NCBI GenBank assembly: GCA_030838075.1
Contig: JAUTXJ010000013.1
Location: forward strand, 1 to 50,495
DNA: 50,495 bases
Direction of reading: 5' to 3'
From: Acidobacteriaceae bacterium
Lineage (GTDB): Bacteria; Acidobacteriota; Terriglobia; Acidiferrales; UBA7541
A program made the position numbers and the translations under genes. Positions 1-8,585 of the stretch are shown here, piece after piece. How positions within the stretch are numbered: the first letter of the stretch is position 1; each line of letters starts with the position of its first letter. Below the pieces are notes generated by a model. That model had not been told where the DNA came from, made no database searches, and was given only the letters and a program-made list of their open reading frames with translations.

Positions 1-69
1 ATAGTCAGCGTCCCGGCACGGAGAACGTTCTTTCGAAACCGGCCCAGTTGCACCGATCAGTGGGAGAGT

Positions 70-231
70 CTATGCGCTGGCGCAGGCTCTAAGGATTAGC
101 AGAGATAGGCCGATCAGGCGGAGCAACGCCAGTGCTACGAAAGCGCAGAGCAAACCGATCACCATCGCGAGCGCGGAGATAGGGATTACCCGGGGGGTGG
201 TGGTGAAGTCGCCTAGGCTCTCGTTCCGCAA
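70..231 (-). pseudogene. Truncated N-terminal fragment resembling a ClC-type chloride channel
   Basis: The 3' part of ORF 70..525 reads LGDFTTTPRVIPISALAMVIGLLCAFVALALLRLIGL, one hydrophobic helix resembling from memory the start of MarR-associated ClC proteins, then stops after about 53 codons from TTG at 231. Confidence 0.45.
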
Positions 232-269
232 TTTAGCCGCGGAGTTCTTCCCCGGGCGCGGATAAATCC

Positions 270-815
270 TTAGGCACGCCTTTTTCTCCCACGTGGCAAT
301 GACTGCCTGTTTTTTTTCCGCGGTGTCCCGCTGTGCGAGATCCCTGGTCGATGCAGTGCCTCGGTCAACTCGTTTATTTCCGCGACCATTGGTGAAGGGC
401 GTTTGTGTTTCACAAGTGCGGTGATGGCATTGGCGAGGGCTACTCCGCTGGCTCTCAATTCGCTGATGCGCTCGCTTGCGACGCGGTCCAACAACTTTGA
501 GCCTTTCGGCAGCAGGGATACGCATACTTCTCGCTGGTCTCCTTGACTCCGGCGTCTGCGCACCAATCCATGCGATTCTAGACGGTCAATCAATTCGACG
601 GCGCTGTGATGCTTGAGCGCCATGCGCTCTGACAACGTGCGTATGGTCGCCACCGCGCCCAAGGGCAAACCGCGAATGGCCAGGAGCATTAGATATTGTT
701 GTGGTTCCAGATTTGACCGTCGAGCCGCCGCATCCCCCTCCTGGATGAAATGGCGTATGCGGTAGCGCAGCTCACCAAGGGCTCGATATTCGGTATCGGA
801 GATAGCATTTGCCAT
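270..815 (-). CDS. MarR-family transcriptional regulator
   Basis: wHTH signature (LEPQQYLMLLAI...LSERMALKHHSAVELIDRLESHGLVRRRRSQGDQREVCVSL). Start moved to ATG at 815 (MANAISDTEY). Confidence 0.88.
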   Translation of the reverse strand: MANAISDTEYRALGELRYRIRHFIQEGDAAARRSNLEPQQYLMLLAIRGLPLGAVATIRTLSERMALKHHSAVELIDRLESHGLVRRRRSQGDQREVCVSLLPKGSKLLDRVASERISELRASGVALANAITALVKHKRPSPMVAEINELTEALHRPGISHSGTPRKKNRQSLPRGRKRRA

Positions 816-827
816 CTTCCGCACAAT

Positions 828-844
828 ATATCGTAATACGATAT
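828..844. promoter_or_regulatory. Palindromic operator ATATCGT-N3-ACGATAT, likely MarR autoregulatory site
   Basis: Perfect 7-bp inverted repeat 12 bp upstream of the marR start. Confidence 0.65.
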
Positions 845-1029
845 TTAATGTCAATGGGGATTGTTCGATTACTGTACTGTTACGTACCACGTATGATACT
901 CGCTGCAAAAGGAAAACAAATCACCGCCATTCTTCCAAAGCGTTGAACTGATTTCCACGAAACGATCGGGGGCGCCAGGGGGCCCGTTCTGGTCTTACCT
1001 CGGCGTGAGACTCGGGAATTAGCGTTTGC

Positions 1030-1057
1030 CAATGTATATACATTGTTGTATATATAC
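1030..1057. promoter_or_regulatory. Tandem vapBC operators
   Basis: Perfect palindromes CAATGTATATACATTG (1030-1045) and GTATATATAC (1048-1057) just upstream of the vapB RBS (GGAGG), typical of VapBC autorepression. Confidence 0.75.
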
Positions 1058-1071
1058 TCGGAGGGGCAATC

Positions 1072-1302
1072 ATGGCCATCGCTCGCGTATTTAAGTCGGG
1101 GAACAGCCAAGCTGTGAGGCTGCCGAAGAAGTTCCGGGTCAAAAGCTCGGAAGTGGAAATTTTCCGGCGCGGCGACGAAATCGTATTACGAGAGAAAGCT
1201 GGTGGAATGGTCCGCGTGCTGGATTTGCTAGCGGAGTTGCCAGCGGACATGTTCCCCAAGAAGCGCAAAGACCCGAAACCACAGCGCCGCAAAGGTCTCT
1301 AA
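1072..1302 (+). CDS. vapB: VapB antitoxin (AbrB/SpoVT-like)
   Basis: N-terminal ARVFKSGNSQAVRLPK motif; stop overlaps the vapC start. Confidence 0.95.
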   Translation: MAIARVFKSGNSQAVRLPKKFRVKSSEVEIFRRGDEIVLREKAGGMVRVLDLLAELPADMFPKKRKDPKPQRRKGL

Positions 1303-1718
1303 TGGGCTCCCGCTATATGCTCGACACCAATTTCTGCATCTATTTGCGGCAGAACCGGCCTCCAGAAGTGACTACACGATTCCGCCAAATGCAGCATGGC
1401 GACGCCGTTATATCGGTGATTACTTATGGCGAGCTACATTACGGAGCAGAGCGAAGCCAGCAACGCACCCACGCGCTGGAATCTCTCGGGCGCCTTGTAT
1501 CTCTTTTGCCTGTGATTCCCTTGCCGGAGGAGGCAGCAACAGCCTACGGCGAGATTCGCGCAGCGTTGGAAACCCGCGGTGAGATGATCGGTGGCAACGA
1601 TCTCTGGATTGCTGCTCATGCAAGAGCCGCGGCGCTGACTCTCGTCACCAACAATGAACGCGAATTCCAGCGCGTCCCCGGACTTAAGGCCCAGAACTGG
1701 ATCAGACGCCGTCTTTGA
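1302..1718 (+). CDS. vapC: VapC PIN-domain toxin
   Basis: YMLDTN, ITYGEL, GGNDLWIAAHA and LVTNNEREF PIN motifs. Confidence 0.95.
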   Translation: MGSRYMLDTNFCIYLRQNRPPEVTTRFRQMQHGDAVISVITYGELHYGAERSQQRTHALESLGRLVSLLPVIPLPEEAATAYGEIRAALETRGEMIGGNDLWIAAHARAAALTLVTNNEREFQRVPGLKAQNWIRRRL

Positions 1719-1844
1719 TCTTCCCAGCATGGTCCAACTTATCCAACTTATTGTCCAAACTTTCAGCTCTCTCACCGGAACTGTAACATTCCTTTGATGA
1801 GTTAAGCGCATGCTGATGGATTCGGATTTGGGATTGCCGGGAAA

Positions 1845-3305
1845 ATGCCGAAGCCAAACTCCACATCGATAGGCAAGACTGCAAGAAGACTGCGAATCCT
1901 ACTGTGGCTTACGCCTACGGCAATGTTCGCATTCGTTGCTCAGGCACAGGAGCCCAATTCACCGTCGCCAAATGTCCCGGCTCCGTCTGAACATGTCGAC
2001 GATTCGACCAGCGCGCCTCCTGATGCCGATCCTCCAACGATGTTTCCACATCTGAAAGACACGAGATTCTGGCTTTCCGGGCAGGCCAATTTCATCTTCC
2101 AAACGCACCCTGACTTTCACGCCGACTACAGCGGGCAGAACAGTCTTAGGCCGCACTATGAGAAAGCCACTTCGCGACTGATGACTTTGTATACCGGGGT
2201 GCGGGTCAACGATTCCACTGAATTTCTGGCGGATGTCGAAGAAGCTGGTGGCGCCGCGCTCAGCTCTGGTCTTGGCCTCGCTGGGAATACGGACCTGGAC
2301 ATTGTACGCAACCCAATATTAAGCAAAGCAGCGTACCTCGGGCGCGGCATGATCCACGTAGTGTTCGCGCTGAGCGACGATAAAATCGAAAGCCCGCGGA
2401 CTTATCTGTCGCTGTTCGAAGAATTGCCGCGTCGTCGCCTGGAAATTCGGTTCGGCAAATTCAGCCTGCCGGATTTCCTTGATTTGAATTCGGTGGGCTC
2501 CGACACGCATCTTCAATTCACCAACTGGTCCGTGGACAACAATGGCGCCTGGGACTACGCCGCCGATACCCGCGGCTACACTGCCGGCGTCGTAGTGGAC
2601 TACGAGGACCGCAACTGGGGTTTACGCTTTATTGAAGCGCTCATGCCGACAGTGGCGAATGGAATCGATCTGGTGTGGCGGCCGTGGCAAGTTCATGCGG
2701 AAAATTGGGAATACGAGCTTCGTCACGGCGTCATCCCGAAGAAAGCGGGAGTGGTGCGACTGCTCGGATATACGAACTCCGCCAATATGGGGATCTACAG
2801 CCAGGCAGTGGCTCAATTTAAAGAGGGCTTGGTTCCGGTGCCCGACATCACTCATCATCCCTGGCATATCACGCGCAAGTACGGTTTTGGCGTCAATCTG
2901 GAGCAGAATCTCACGCCCAACCTTACCGCCTTTGCGCGCTGGGGATGGGACAACGGAAAAACCGAGTCATTTGCCTACACTGAGATTGATTCAACCATCG
3001 CCGAAGGGATCGGGTTGAATGGTGCACAATGGCATCGCAAGCTAGACCGTGGTGGCATTGCCTTCGTGTCGAACGGAATCAAGAAGGACCACCAGACATA
3101 TCTTGCAGATGGCGGTCTTGGGTTTCTCCTTGGCGATGGCAGGCTCAACTATGGACGGGAAAACATCGTCGAATCGTATTACACGGTACACATTTGGCGC
3201 GGAATTTATGTCGCTCCCGGTGTTCAGCACATAGTTAATCCCGGCTACAACCGCGATCGCGGGCCCGTACTCGTGCCTTCCTTCCGTGCGCACGCGGAGT
3301 TCTAG
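1845..3305 (+). CDS. Carbohydrate-selective porin (OprB family, MnoP-like)
   Basis: Signal peptide (AFVAQAQ), WDYAADTRGY motif, C-terminal NPGYNRDRGPV...RAHAEF with terminal Phe. Confidence 0.85.
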   Translation: MPKPNSTSIGKTARRLRILLWLTPTAMFAFVAQAQEPNSPSPNVPAPSEHVDDSTSAPPDADPPTMFPHLKDTRFWLSGQANFIFQTHPDFHADYSGQNSLRPHYEKATSRLMTLYTGVRVNDSTEFLADVEEAGGAALSSGLGLAGNTDLDIVRNPILSKAAYLGRGMIHVVFALSDDKIESPRTYLSLFEELPRRRLEIRFGKFSLPDFLDLNSVGSDTHLQFTNWSVDNNGAWDYAADTRGYTAGVVVDYEDRNWGLRFIEALMPTVANGIDLVWRPWQVHAENWEYELRHGVIPKKAGVVRLLGYTNSANMGIYSQAVAQFKEGLVPVPDITHHPWHITRKYGFGVNLEQNLTPNLTAFARWGWDNGKTESFAYTEIDSTIAEGIGLNGAQWHRKLDRGGIAFVSNGIKKDHQTYLADGGLGFLLGDGRLNYGRENIVESYYTVHIWRGIYVAPGVQHIVNPGYNRDRGPVLVPSFRAHAEF

Positions 3306-3486
3306 CAGCCTGCCGCCACGGGACGAGGCTGATGAATTCCAGCGATCCCGTCAACAATGCCGACAACAATACATCCAATGCGAGGCTGAACGAAGAAGAT
3401 TCATTCCGTGAAATATTTCCTTCGAACTGAGTGCCCCACCACTAAGAACGATCGGTGCTACAGCTTCAAATCACATTGAATATGCC

Positions 3487-3516
3487 TTGACACGTATATG
3501 CTCTTTGCAGTATATG
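3487..3516 (+). promoter_or_regulatory. Sigma70-like promoter of the arsR-family operon
   Basis: TTGACA (3487-3492), 18-bp spacer, TATATG (3511-3516), immediately before the GAGGA RBS. Confidence 0.5.
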
Positions 3517-3522
3517 AGGAGC

Positions 3523-3906
3523 ATGGAATCTGTATTCGAAATTATTGCGGAGCCGAACCGCCGCGCGATATTGAGCCTGTTAGTTTCGTCCCAACAGTCG
3601 GTTGGAGAGATCGAGCGTCAGCTTCGTATGCCGCAGCCGACTGTATCAAAGCACCTGCGGGTGCTGCGAGACGCCGGCTTCGTGGAATCCACGGTTGACG
3701 CACAGCGCCGCCTCTACCGGCTGAATCCTGAACCGCTTCAGCAGGTGGATGACTGGCTGGCGCCGTTCCGGCGGTTCTGGTCAGCGCACCTGGATGCTCT
3801 CGAACGCCACCTTGACCGCATGGAGCAAGTAACGCAGACGAAAAAGAAGGCCAGGAGAAGACGACGCGGCGCAAACCGCGAACGTGACAAAGGAGAAAAG
3901 AAATGA
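3523..3906 (+). CDS. ArsR/SmtB-family regulator
   Basis: IAEPNRRAILSLL...QPTVSKHLRVLRDAGFV; ATG at 3523 after GAGGA. Confidence 0.92.
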   Translation: MESVFEIIAEPNRRAILSLLVSSQQSVGEIERQLRMPQPTVSKHLRVLRDAGFVESTVDAQRRLYRLNPEPLQQVDDWLAPFRRFWSAHLDALERHLDRMEQVTQTKKKARRRRRGANRERDKGEKK

Positions 3907-4301
3907 AAATCAAAATGACCAGCGTATACGTGGACGATCAGGAAAAAGCCCTGCGCTTCTATACGGAGGTACTGGGATTTGCCAAGAAAGCCGATTTCAG
4001 CCAGGGCCCATATCGTTGGCTGACCGTTGCCTCGCCCGAGGAGCCGGACGGCACTGAGCTACAGTTGGCGCTGAACAATAACCCCGCAGCCAAGACCTAT
4101 CAGCAGGCGATCTTTCAACAGGGCCAGCCCGCGGCAATGTTTTTCACCGACGACATCAAAGGTGACTACGAGCGCATCAAGGCTCGCGGCGGCGTGTTCA
4201 CGATGCCGCCCACCGACGTTACCGCCTCGATCATTGCGATGCTCAACGACACCTGCGGCAACCTCATTCAACTCACCCAGCTGGCACGCTATTCGCGCTA
4301 A
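3903..4301 (+). CDS. VOC/glyoxalase family protein
   Basis: SVYVDDQEKALRFYTEVLGF...DTCGNLIQL; overlaps the upstream stop (ATGA). Confidence 0.92.
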   Translation: MKIKMTSVYVDDQEKALRFYTEVLGFAKKADFSQGPYRWLTVASPEEPDGTELQLALNNNPAAKTYQQAIFQQGQPAAMFFTDDIKGDYERIKARGGVFTMPPTDVTASIIAMLNDTCGNLIQLTQLARYSR

Positions 4302-4311
4302 GGAGAAGAAC

Positions 4312-4896
4312 GTGACCAATCGCGCGCAATACACACCGGGTCCGGCCAGCGGAGCGCAGGTACGAAAGGATGGAGAGAGCTGGACGCTCATTCTCGTCAG
4401 AGAATTGCGCCACTCGCCAGAAAAAGTCTGGCAGGCGCTTACCGACCCTGCTCAACTTCGCGAATGGGCACCCTTTGATGCCGATGGGAGCCTGGGTACC
4501 GTTGGCGCCACGGTGAAGCTCACCACGGTGGCAGCACCCACCGCGCAAGTTTCCGAAACAAAAGTGACGCGGGCCAATCCTCCAAAGTTGCTTGAGTACA
4601 ACTGGGGTGGCAACGATCTCCGGTGGCAACTCGAAGCGTTCGGCGGCGGCACGCGCCTGACACTGTGGCACAACATCGATCGCCGCTTCATCTCCATGGG
4701 TGCTGCCGGGTGGCACATTTGCTTCGATGTCCTGGATCACCTTCTCAGTGGAGTTCCGATCGACCGCATAGTTGGTGGTGAGGCGATGAAGTTCGGCTGG
4801 CAGCGCCTGAACGCCGAATACGCCAAACAGTTCGGTATCGAAACGCCCAACCGCCCGTCTCAGGCGAAACGACAATTCGAGGTAGAAGATCAATGA
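4312..4896 (+). CDS. SRPBCC (AHSA1-like) domain protein
   Basis: RELRHSPEKVWQALTDP...GAAGWHICFDVL; GTG at 4312 after AAGGAG. Confidence 0.9.
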   Translation: MTNRAQYTPGPASGAQVRKDGESWTLILVRELRHSPEKVWQALTDPAQLREWAPFDADGSLGTVGATVKLTTVAAPTAQVSETKVTRANPPKLLEYNWGGNDLRWQLEAFGGGTRLTLWHNIDRRFISMGAAGWHICFDVLDHLLSGVPIDRIVGGEAMKFGWQRLNAEYAKQFGIETPNRPSQAKRQFEVEDQ

Positions 4897-5309
4897 ATCC
4901 ATCGGAACGTATTGACCAACTGATCGCCGGACTCACAGACTGGCGTGGCAAAACGTTAGCCAGCGTCCGCAAAATCATCCTTGCGGCCGACCCGGAAATC
5001 ATCGAGGAATGGAAGTGGATGGGGAGTCCAGTGTGGTCTCGCGACGGAATGATCGCGATCGGCAACGCCCACAAAGACAAGGTAAAGCTTACCTTTTCCA
5101 ACGGGGCGAGGCTCTCGGATCCTGACAAGCTCTTCAACGCGGGCCTCGGAGGCAACGCGTGGCGAGCGATCGATCTTTTCGAGGGCGATAAAATTAATGA
5201 GCGCGCTCTAAAAAATCTTGTTCGTGCCGCCATTGAATACAATCAGAGCAAACTGAAGAAGAAAGCGCCTGCCGGTACTAGAGCGAAAGTAAAGAAAAGT
5301 AAAAAGTAA
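4893..5309 (+). CDS. DUF1801 domain protein
   Basis: EEWKWMGSPVW...GARLSDPDKLFNAGL motifs; coupled to the upstream gene by ATGA. Confidence 0.88.
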   Translation: MNPSERIDQLIAGLTDWRGKTLASVRKIILAADPEIIEEWKWMGSPVWSRDGMIAIGNAHKDKVKLTFSNGARLSDPDKLFNAGLGGNAWRAIDLFEGDKINERALKNLVRAAIEYNQSKLKKKAPAGTRAKVKKSKK

Positions 5310-5312
5310 TCC

Positions 5313-6956
5313 TTACCGGGTAATCTCCGCCTTAGCCAGAACCATGGCGGACCGCCGCGCTGCAGCTTCGTAATACCGCACGAGGCGTTGCGGTTCTTCC
5401 GCCTTGTAAGGCGCGAGATTATGCGCCCAGCGAAATCCGATTGGCTGAAACCACAGCTCCGCCTCAATCTTGAACGGTCCTGCGGAATTCCCGGTCGATA
5501 CAACGTACCGCACGGAGCTCCCCTTGTCTGTGAATCCCGGATCCTCAGCCGCGTCGCCCGTGACGGCGATGTCCTTTTCCGCGGTCGCCTTGTCGAAACC
5601 GTGCGGCAGCAGACGGTTGTCCTTCAGGTATCCGACCGCGTGCAGCAGACCGGTCGTGACCTTGCCTTCGGAATCCTTCAGGATCGGTTCGTAAATCTCA
5701 ACTTGCTGCGGACTGGTGATCTCGCGGTAATGCGGCTCGAACTTCAGTGGGTCTTCGTCGTTATGATTTCCGACGATCGAACCGTCCGGATTCAGCGCGC
5801 CTGACTCAAACACTAGCTGCCCGTTGCTATCCTTTACTGAAACATGCAGCCACGCCCGCCGCGAGGGATAAGCTGTCGGGAGTTTATGGCCGCCCAGATT
5901 CTCCACATGCACATCCACCGCAAGCCCATTCGTGGTCGCATCCACGTTTGTAATCGTCACTTTCGCCGCTTGTGTTTTCAGAAATTCCGCTGTGCGCTTC
6001 ATCGCTGCATCCAGCTCTTCGGGTAGCGCCGCTGTAGCCAACTCATCGCGGTGATCTTGCAGCATTCCTTCCATAACGAAATTCGATCCAACAAACACAT
6101 GTCGATGCATGCCCTCTCGCGGCGGGCCGTAAAGCGCGGTCACAGCCACAGCCTCATCCACGCGGGGCATGTGACAATCCTGGCAAGTCTGCGTAGTCCA
6201 GTAGTCGCTGTGCTGCCACTCCTGGAACGGCACTTGTTCAGGGAACCTTGCCACCTTCTCGCCGTGGGGTCCAAGCGCTGCCGTGATCAGCGTATGGCAG
6301 CTGCCGCATAGACCCGCATCGCGAATGTGGTCGCCCCTTGTCGGAAGATATGTGGCGGTTGAAGAGTGCATCACCGTCTGGTGCCCTTTGTCGATGTCGA
6401 ACGGTCCATATTCCGGACGCAGGTCGTTTTCGATCGGCTTCGCGATCACCACGTTTCCAACGAAGGTCGCTTCCGTGCCCAGTCCTGTCTTTTCAATTTG
6501 GTGACAAACCGAACAAGTAACGCCGTCTGCGGCTGCGTGGTCCCCCTTCGGAAATTTCTGCAACGGAAGCCGCGAAAAAACCTGAGTCTGCCTTCCCTCG
6601 TCCCGGTCTCTAAAGTGGACCGCGGGCATATGGCAAATCGAGCACTCATTCTCGATGGCCGCCGTTGACTCGGGATGATCAATTGATTCGCGCCGCACAC
6701 TTCCCTGCCAATAAGGATCGCGTGAGGAGTTGGCCATAATGCTCGCGCGCCACTCCAACCCGATGGAGACGTCCTCGCCTGAACTGGTAGTTAAACCGTT
6801 GTGACAAGCCACGCAGCGATCCGACGTCCGAAACACCGGCCCATGTGGCGTCTTGTCACCCTTCGCATTTTCCGTGGGAGTTTGGCCGCGGAGGATCAAC
6901 GGAATTCCCACCACCGCGACCGCCAAAATAATTGCACCGCCAGAATGCAGCCTCAT
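5313..6956 (-). CDS. Multiheme c-type cytochrome (5 CxxCH)
   Basis: CVACH, CSICH, CSVCH, CGSCH, CQDCH; hydrophobic signal; ATG at 6956 overlaps the upstream TGA. Confidence 0.9.
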   Translation of the reverse strand: MRLHSGGAIILAVAVVGIPLILRGQTPTENAKGDKTPHGPVFRTSDRCVACHNGLTTSSGEDVSIGLEWRASIMANSSRDPYWQGSVRRESIDHPESTAAIENECSICHMPAVHFRDRDEGRQTQVFSRLPLQKFPKGDHAAADGVTCSVCHQIEKTGLGTEATFVGNVVIAKPIENDLRPEYGPFDIDKGHQTVMHSSTATYLPTRGDHIRDAGLCGSCHTLITAALGPHGEKVARFPEQVPFQEWQHSDYWTTQTCQDCHMPRVDEAVAVTALYGPPREGMHRHVFVGSNFVMEGMLQDHRDELATAALPEELDAAMKRTAEFLKTQAAKVTITNVDATTNGLAVDVHVENLGGHKLPTAYPSRRAWLHVSVKDSNGQLVFESGALNPDGSIVGNHNDEDPLKFEPHYREITSPQQVEIYEPILKDSEGKVTTGLLHAVGYLKDNRLLPHGFDKATAEKDIAVTGDAAEDPGFTDKGSSVRYVVSTGNSAGPFKIEAELWFQPIGFRWAHNLAPYKAEEPQRLVRYYEAAARRSAMVLAKAEITR

Positions 6957-8137
6957 CGCCAACCTTCCCAGAACTTTCCGTCGGCGCGGTCCCAAAGCAG
7001 GTAAAACATAACCTGCGGATTTCGCCCGCTTGTGTTCGTGAACGGCGCCCTCACGCCCAACGCGCCTCGGATGTGTTGTCGCCTGCTAATGGTGACTTGC
7101 ATTTCCGGCATAACATCCCAATTCGTGCTCGCCCCGTTCCTAAAATCGCGTACCGCCAGAAACTCCACCATCGGCGAAAACAGCCGACCCAGCATATGAT
7201 CCGGGGCCATCGCTTGCCCGACCGCAACCCGCCAGAACATGCTTCGCGGAGCCACACTTGTGTCCACCGGGAGATCAGCCCCCAGTTGAGTTTGTATAAA
7301 CGTATTTTCTTTGAACAACTGATCGAAGGCGGCGAACGGCTCGAACTGTGTGGTGCCGGCACCGAAGCCCCGCTTACTATCGCCAGTCGGCAGAAGAATG
7401 CCGCCTTGCAAACTCAGAATCGACCCTGTCCGTAAATTGGAAAACATCTCCCGCTTCACCGCGACGGTGATATCGCCAAGCCCCGCGGTCCAGTTGTGAT
7501 TCTGATCGGCATAATTTATGGGCACATCGGTTTCAAGCTGCGTGCGCGCATCAAAAATAGTCCGCTCATCAATGACGTCGGTCGTCCACGATGGAGCGCC
7601 TGAAGCGTTCCCGGCTGTCGAGACCACCAGCTCATTTTCCGGGAAGGCTTTTTCAGTGACAATCGCCCGCGGCAGATTCAGCTCGCCCAGCGGATCATGG
7701 TGGACGTTTTTGCAGAATCCGCGCATGTATGCGATCACATCATTGATCTGGTCGTCGGTCAGCAGATCCCCAAACGCAGGCATAATTTGCGAGAGCCCGC
7801 GGGATGGGCCGCCATGTACGATGACGGCCTTCCAGTTGCCGTTCGGCTCAGGCGTAGTGCCGGCGCAATCCGTGAAATCCGGAAACGTATCCGGCCTGAC
7901 GAATACTGTGCTGGCCGGGGGAGCACCCTTCCCATCGCTGCCGTGACATGCGATGCAACCACCCTTGTAAACTTTCTCCCCGTTCTTCACGTCCGGACGC
8001 TTGGTATAGCGGAGGGTCTGCGCGGAAAGAAGCAAGTGTCGGCCGAGAAGCACGATCATGAACACTATTACGGCACGCGCCGATCCCTTCAGAACCGTCG
8101 TGGCGAATCTGCGCAGGGGCGCTTCGCGGATAACCAT
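6953..8137 (-). CDS. Monoheme cytochrome c fused to a predicted outer-membrane beta-barrel
   Basis: Signal peptide, CIACH plus distal Met (IMPAFG), then about 240 aa of alternating beta-strand pattern ending in aromatic residues. Start approximate. Confidence 0.75.
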   Translation of the reverse strand: MVIREAPLRRFATTVLKGSARAVIVFMIVLLGRHLLLSAQTLRYTKRPDVKNGEKVYKGGCIACHGSDGKGAPPASTVFVRPDTFPDFTDCAGTTPEPNGNWKAVIVHGGPSRGLSQIMPAFGDLLTDDQINDVIAYMRGFCKNVHHDPLGELNLPRAIVTEKAFPENELVVSTAGNASGAPSWTTDVIDERTIFDARTQLETDVPINYADQNHNWTAGLGDITVAVKREMFSNLRTGSILSLQGGILLPTGDSKRGFGAGTTQFEPFAAFDQLFKENTFIQTQLGADLPVDTSVAPRSMFWRVAVGQAMAPDHMLGRLFSPMVEFLAVRDFRNGASTNWDVMPEMQVTISRRQHIRGALGVRAPFTNTSGRNPQVMFYLLWDRADGKFWEGWR

Positions 8138-8585
8138 CAGCACCAACCCTCCCTTTAGTACCGCGACTCCAGCTGCCCCATGACGCCCAGATTCAAGCTG
8201 CGACGGGATTTGCACGGTCCAGTCGTCCCTTCGGCATTTCCGCGACCGAGCGAAAAGCTTACAAATTCGGTGACCTGAACGAACAATTTAGTACATCTCG
8301 GAATGAGACAACAAAAACGAAAATTGAATGGCTTCGGCGACTTTACCCTAACACATCGAGCAAACTTTACCTTTTGCCGTGGCTTTCGAGAGATTGGATG
8401 CGGACGGGTGGACTTGGTTTGATCCTTAAAATGTACCAAACTATGCCTCAGTTTATGCGAACCAAAATGATACCAGACGATAGACGCTGCATTTTACGGA
8501 AGCGGTATTTCACGTGTGCAATTATCGCTCGTCAGATGGCTGATTTGTTTCCGCTTAGTTCTTCAAAGCCGGTTGTGTCCGCGGG

